Of a stretch of DNA of 10,492 bases, positions 6,633-10,492 are shown piece after piece. The position numbers and the translations under genes were made by a program. The stretch spans positions 1 to 10,492 of the forward strand of contig CAYXWT010000001.1 of NCBI GenBank assembly GCA_964468895.1, read 5' to 3'. Each line of letters opens with the position of its first letter. The stretch's first letter is position 1. This stretch comes from an uncultured archaeon. GTDB taxonomy: Archaea > Iainarchaeota > Iainarchaeia > Iainarchaeales > CSSED10-239. Under the pieces are notes generated by a model, which was not told the DNA's origin, made no database searches, and was given only the letters and a program-made list of their open reading frames with translations.

Positions 6633-6826
6633 AGGAGATTATTTTGAAAAAGTATAAAAAATTATTAAAAATAACAAAAGAATGTTTTTTTAATATTTAA
6701 TATATTCTTTATGATTTTGGAAATTCCTAAAAAGAACACATCATACAAATAACATGCTCAACATTAGTTTTATGTAAATATACATATTTATAAATAGTTT
6801 TAATCTAATTATATTTGGTAATAATT

Positions 6827-7087
6827 ATGGCAAATATGACTTTAAGTATACCTAAAGACCTATATAACATTATGAAAAAACACACCCATATTAAATGGAG
6901 TGATGTTGCTAGAAAAGCATTTGAAAAACAAATTAAATATTTAGATATGATTGATATTTTAAAAGATTTTGATGATGCTGAAAAAGATTTTAAAGCTGGA
7001 AAAGGAATACCTTTAGAACAAGTAATTAAAGAACTAAAAGATCATAAACACAGTAATGATAAAGATAGGTATAACACATCTAAGTGA
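6827..7087 (+). CDS. Ribbon-helix-helix antitoxin-like protein with no adjacent canonical toxin
   Basis: MANMTLSIPKDLYNIMKKHTHIKWSDVARKAFEKQI fits an RHH. The C-terminal DDAEKDFKAGKGIPLEQVIKELK resembles the E..DIKAGR....E tail of RelB/ParD-type antitoxins. I chose the ATG at 6827; the ORF-track TTG at 6815 is less likely. Confidence 0.65.
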   Translation: MANMTLSIPKDLYNIMKKHTHIKWSDVARKAFEKQIKYLDMIDILKDFDDAEKDFKAGKGIPLEQVIKELKDHKHSNDKDRYNTSK

Positions 7088-7140
7088 AAAAAACAACATT
7101 TTAAAAATTAAAGAATTACTATAACTAATTTGTGAAAAAT

Positions 7141-7443
7141 ATGATTGATTTTAATGGTGCTAGTAATCAAGCAATAACTAAAGTTACTGAAAGTGCAAAT
7201 ACTTTACTTAACAATCCTAAAATTTTAATTATAGGTATAATATTAATTATAGGTGCTATAATACTAATATTTGTACTTAAAAATTTATTATTAAATAGTT
7301 TAATAGGGATTGCTGGGTTTTTAATATGCAATTTTATATTTGGTATTAAACTACCTTTAATTGCAACACTAATAGTTAGTGCAATATTTGGTGCTGCTGG
7401 TTTAGGAGTAATATTTATTCTTAAGTTTTTAGGAGTAATCTAA
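7141..7443 (+). CDS. Small integral membrane protein, BofA-like (2-3 TM helices)
   Basis: ILIIGIILIIGAIILIFVL and LIGIAGFLICNFIFGIKLPLIATLIVSAIFGAAGLGVIFILKF resemble the Bacillus BofA pattern (..VNMFG..LGLHVPINLVTTAISGILGIPGIAALVVIKQF). The ATG at 7141 is preceded by GTGA; the GTG at 7132 in the ORF track is probably part of the RBS. Confidence 0.55.
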   Translation: MIDFNGASNQAITKVTESANTLLNNPKILIIGIILIIGAIILIFVLKNLLLNSLIGIAGFLICNFIFGIKLPLIATLIVSAIFGAAGLGVIFILKFLGVI

Positions 7444-7480
7444 AAGACTAAGCAACTAATAGTATTATAAATGTCTTTTA
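7441..7480. terminator. Inverted repeat between convergent genes
   Basis: TAAAAGAC (7441-7448) and GTCTTTTA (7473-7480) form 8-bp arms with a 24-nt loop, flanked by T runs. It lies between the stop of the membrane-protein gene and the stop of AbiEii-2. The stem is weak. Confidence 0.25.
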
Positions 7481-7481
7481 G

Positions 7482-8264
7482 TTATTTTAAAACTTTTTCT
7501 AACTTAATTATTAAATCTCTAGTTAAATTTTCAAAATTATTCCTTTTCTGTTTTTGTATAAAATGATTTGTAGAATTTGTAAAATAATTAACTTTATTCT
7601 TATTTTTTAAAAGTAATTTTAATTTAGTAATAGATTGCGTTCTAAGATTTAAGCTTGTTTTTTTATTGTACTTACTTACTAGTTTATTTAGTTCTTTTTT
7701 ATTGAACTGAATACAAAGTAGATTATTTAAATCATAAATATCTTTACCATCATCTCTACCAATCAAAGCAGCTAATTTTTGAAATATTAATTCATAAATA
7801 TCATACACATAATATAAAGATGATTTATATGGTACAAAACCAAAATTTACAATCTTTTTGGTTACAGATTTAGGAAATGTACTTTTATTATATCTAAATT
7901 CTAGTCTTATTTTATCTTTTTTATTTATCTTATTAATATATTTAACATCATATCTAATAGTTAGGTTCATAATACGAGGTTTATCTACTATATAATTAGA
8001 AAGTTCTTTTTTCAAAATTTTAAATAAATCTATTTTAAGTTCTGTAATAGATTTATGTGAATAAATATCAAAATCTAGATCTTCAGAAAATCTTTTTGTA
8101 TTTTCAAAATAAACTCTATTAATACCTGTACCACCTTTTAAGATAATAGAAGGTATTTTATTTTCTAATATACTAAATATTTTAGAAATTTCTTTATCTT
8201 TAATAATATAATTTATAGATAAGCCACTATTTAAAGAAATTTTACGTAAATCTTTTAGTTCCAT
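7482..8264 (-). CDS. AbiEii-family nucleotidyltransferase toxin, copy 2
   Basis: LKGGTGINRVYFENTKRFSEDLDFDIY carries the same NTase signatures as copy 1 (FSEDLDF at about 8070-8090). The ATG at 8262-8264 shares one base with the TAA (8264-8266) of the upstream gene, a TAATG coupling. The ORF-track TTG at 8276 is unlikely. Confidence 0.85.
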   Translation of the reverse strand: MELKDLRKISLNSGLSINYIIKDKEISKIFSILENKIPSIILKGGTGINRVYFENTKRFSEDLDFDIYSHKSITELKIDLFKILKKELSNYIVDKPRIMNLTIRYDVKYINKINKKDKIRLEFRYNKSTFPKSVTKKIVNFGFVPYKSSLYYVYDIYELIFQKLAALIGRDDGKDIYDLNNLLCIQFNKKELNKLVSKYNKKTSLNLRTQSITKLKLLLKNKNKVNYFTNSTNHFIQKQKRNNFENLTRDLIIKLEKVLK

Positions 8265-9058
8265 TAATACCACCAACTTAAAATTTTACTTTTACCAATA
8301 TTGTCTTTTAATTTCCATTTAGAAATATATTTATAATTAGATTTATCATAGTTATTTGATAAATAAGTTCTAGATTTAACTTTATTTAAAAAATTACTAA
8401 TTACTTTTTTAGGAATTTTTATTTTTGCTGTTTCAACAAGAATATCTAAAATATAACCTGTAATCTGACACTGTCTATTACTTGCAAACTTATTATAAAT
8501 ATCTAATAACATATTCCAATCTATTTTGTTATTACAATCAAAAATGGCTTTAGAAATACAACTATATCCACCACTATAACTTACATTATAAAAACAATCA
8601 AAAATGGTTTTTTCTAATGTAGAAACATAAAAACCATTTTTATTTTCTGTATAACAAACAAGTTTACTTTTAATATTAATATACTTAACAACATAATTAT
8701 CATTTAAAGTATAAGACTTTGATTTTTTACTATTAACTATAAAAATAGTAAATGGTTCATAATCAATTAAACCATAATAATATAGTGCTGAAGAAAAAGC
8801 AATATATCCATAATTAATAGAAGTTGCAATACTAAATAATTCTTCTAAAGAATAAGATTTATTAATAATGTATTTTGACCTTTCTATATTAATTAAATAT
8901 TTTTTCTTAATTAAAGAACTTAATATTTCATTAATACTTTGATTTTTATATAAAGGAAATAAATCTTTTATTTCTCTGTTAGTAATTAAAGAGCATGTAC
9001 TTTTTATAGTATCATATATTATAAATTCTTTTTTAGTAAGCGGGTTTTTTGAAATCAT
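8264..9058 (-). CDS. AbiEi-like antitoxin / wHTH regulator, copy 2
   Basis: The N-terminal wHTH ends in LIKKKYLINIERSKYII (AbiEi-type L.KKG.L..IERG.Y motif). It is followed by LFSIATSINYGYIAFSSALYYYGLIDYEP (AbiEi-type SAL..HGL motif). It is translationally coupled to the AbiEii gene. Confidence 0.7.
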   Translation of the reverse strand: MISKNPLTKKEFIIYDTIKSTCSLITNREIKDLFPLYKNQSINEILSSLIKKKYLINIERSKYIINKSYSLEELFSIATSINYGYIAFSSALYYYGLIDYEPFTIFIVNSKKSKSYTLNDNYVVKYINIKSKLVCYTENKNGFYVSTLEKTIFDCFYNVSYSGGYSCISKAIFDCNNKIDWNMLLDIYNKFASNRQCQITGYILDILVETAKIKIPKKVISNFLNKVKSRTYLSNNYDKSNYKYISKWKLKDNIGKSKILSWWY

Positions 9059-9075
9059 ATAATATACTTAGGAGC

Positions 9076-9097
9076 AATTAACCTTATATAATTAACC
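9076..9097 (-). promoter_or_regulatory. Direct repeat GGTTAATT x2 flanking a TATA-like box upstream of AbiEi-2
   Basis: The plus strand reads AATTAACC (9076-9083), TTATAT, AATTAACC (9090-9097). On the minus strand this is GGTTAATT-ATATAA-GGTTAATT, about 20-40 nt upstream of the ATG at 9058. AbiEi proteins are known autorepressors that bind repeats in their own promoter. Confidence 0.35.
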
Positions 9098-9209
9098 CTT
9101 AGTTTAATTTCAAAAAACAAATAAATATATATACTTTAGTATAAAGATATATAATTTTAGAAGAATTATAATTACTTCTATTAAAGAAATATTAAAAAGA
9201 AGATAATTT

Positions 9210-10492
9210 ATGAGATATAATTTAGATTTACATTATCATTCACCATATGCAGCAGCATGTTCAAAAAACATAAATATACCCTTACTTAGTAAAGAAGCAA
9301 AATTAAAAGGCCTAAATATACTTACAACTGCTGACATACTACATCCAATATGGGAAAAACATGTTAAAGAAAACATAACTTATGATTCTAAAGAAGATTT
9401 GTTTTATTATAAAGATGATAAGAATTTAGAATTTTCTAAAAGAACTTATTTTATATTAGGTTGTGAAGTTGAATGTAGACAAAGAGTTCATAATCTTTTA
9501 TATTTTAAAAATTGGAAACATCTTGAAGATTTTAAAAAAGTAATATTACCTCATTCTAAAGATATTGAAAAATATGGTGGTGGAAGACCTAGGTTAGATT
9601 TAAATTGTGAACAACTTTTAGAACTTTGTATAAAACATAAGGTACTAATGGGTCCAGCACATGTTTTCACACCTTACTTTGGAGTTTATGCTCATTATGA
9701 TTCTCTTAAAGAAGCATATGGTAAAAATTGGAAAGAAATTAAATTTATAGAACTTGGACTTAGTGCTGACACTAACACTGGGAATATAATTCCTGAACTT
9801 AAAAACTTAAAATTTTTTAGTTTTTCTGATTCTCACTCTCCTTATAGTTTTAGAATAGGTAGAGAGTATGTTTGTTGTGAACTTGAAAAACCAAATTATA
9901 ATTCTTTATTTAAATTAGTAAATAATATTGATAGTAATAAAAATAAAATTTTATATAATATAGGTTATAATCCTAATGAAGGTAAATATAATAAAACTGC
10001 TTGTAGAAAATGCTCTCAAATATATACTTTTGAAGAAGCAAAAAATAATAGCTGGAAATGTATTAAATGTAAAAGCACTATTAAAAAAGGTGTTGAAGAT
10101 AGAGCTAAAGAATTAGCTATTTTACAAGGTAATTTAAATTTAACTTCTCAAAACACAAGACCTGATTATAGATACTTAATACCTTTAGCACAAATAATAC
10201 AGCTTGCAATAAATCAAAAAAATATATTACACAAAAGTGTTTTAGAAATATATAATAAATTTATTTCTAAAAATATTGAAATAGATATTATGCAAAAAGT
10301 TCCTTTTGAAGAACTTAAGATAATTGATGAAAAGATAGCTAAATATATAATTGCTTTTAGAAATAATTTTGTTGTTTTTAAACCTGGTGGAGCTGGACAT
10401 TATGGAGTTCCATATGTTTGTTTTAGTGAAGAAGAAAAAGAAAACAAAATTAAAGAGATAAATAAAGAAATTAAAATAAAAAATATTCAAAA
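9210..10492 (+). CDS. endoQ: Endonuclease Q (PHP-like domain plus Zn-finger; TIGR00375 family), C-terminus beyond the window
   Basis: I translated this frame by hand from the ATG at 9210 to the window end (427 codons) and found no stop. Blocks matching Pyrococcus EndoQ as I remember it:
- DLHYHSPYAAACSK and AKLKGLN
- GCEVE..QRVHNLLYF and GGRPRLDL
- GPAHVFTPYFG and YDSLKEAYG
- ELGLSADT and SDSHSP...RIGRE
- CxxC...CxxC (TACRKCSQ / WKCIKCKSTIKKGVEDRAKEL, about 10002-10070)
- RPDYRYLIPLAQII, AFRNN and KPGGAGHYG
The gene is absent from the supplied ORF track because it lacks an in-window stop. Confidence 0.85.
   Translation, partial: MRYNLDLHYHSPYAAACSKNINIPLLSKEAKLKGLNILTTADILHPIWEKHVKENITYDSKEDLFYYKDDKNLEFSKRTYFILGCEVECRQRVHNLLYFKNWKHLEDFKKVILPHSKDIEKYGGGRPRLDLNCEQLLELCIKHKVLMGPAHVFTPYFGVYAHYDSLKEAYGKNWKEIKFIELGLSADTNTGNIIPELKNLKFFSFSDSHSPYSFRIGREYVCCELEKPNYNSLFKLVNNIDSNKNKILYNIGYNPNEGKYNKTACRKCSQIYTFEEAKNNSWKCIKCKSTIKKGVEDRAKELAILQGNLNLTSQNTRPDYRYLIPLAQIIQLAINQKNILHKSVLEIYNKFISKNIEIDIMQKVPFEELKIIDEKIAKYIIAFRNNFVVFKPGGAGHYGVPYVCFSEEEKENKIKEINKEIKIKNIQ

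Noticed and set aside
6633-6700. AGGAGA followed 5 nt later by TTG, opening an 18-codon plus-strand mini-ORF (MKKYKKLLKITKECFFNI)
   Set aside because: It is very short, Lys-rich and TTG-initiated, and such ORFs arise easily in AT-rich intergenic DNA. I have no supporting evidence, so I do not call it a gene.
10242-10490. Minus-strand 82-aa ORF from the supplied track
   Set aside because: It is antisense to the EndoQ coding frame. The translation is an F/N/I-rich low-complexity artefact of AT-rich sequence.
1-10492. Search for CRISPR arrays, tRNA/rRNA genes, integrase/transposase genes, type III TA-style tandem repeat arrays, and long terminal direct or inverted repeats flanking the island
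   Set aside because: None were seen by eye. There are no regularly spaced repeats of 24-40 bp, no GC-rich ~75-nt cloverleaf candidates and no ORFs with recombinase-like motifs. The only tandem-like signals are short operator-size repeats, reported separately.

Overview
Very AT-rich sequence that looks archaeal and probably comes from a methanogen. The evidence is a Methanococcales-type S-layer N-terminus at the left edge, an Endonuclease Q (EndoQ) gene at the right edge, TATA-like boxes close to start codons, and GGTGA/GAGG ribosome-binding sites. Between these two housekeeping-type genes lies an accessory island of about 8.9 kb (about 292-9209). It is visibly more AT-rich than the flanks and is packed with toxin-antitoxin and abortive-infection type modules. 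I saw no integrase, transposase, tRNA or CRISPR array.

Island content, from high to low coordinates on the minus strand:
- AbiEi/AbiEii pair 2.
- A plus-strand pair: an RHH (ribbon-helix-helix) antitoxin-like gene followed by a BofA-like small membrane protein.
- An RHH antitoxin plus a RelE-like toxin.
- An uncharacterised 241-aa protein with a winged helix-turn-helix (wHTH) region.
- A Bro-N family protein.
- A truncated paralog of the 241-aa gene.
- An 87-aa orphan that looks 5'-truncated.
- AbiEi/AbiEii pair 1.
- A class II Fic protein.

The most interesting signals:
1. The 241-aa gene of unknown function, linked to RelE. Its promoter and 5' end, together with the adjacent RelE 3' end, are duplicated about 1.9 kb away.
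2. A second repeat of about 75 bp and a 13-nt core shared by three sites. These point to cassette shuffling.
3. The non-canonical pairing of an RHH gene with a membrane protein.

The supplied ORF track misses the EndoQ gene because it runs off the window. It also contains three antisense shadow ORFs and several artificial TTG/GTG N-terminal extensions. All family calls come from motif recognition by eye; no database search was possible.
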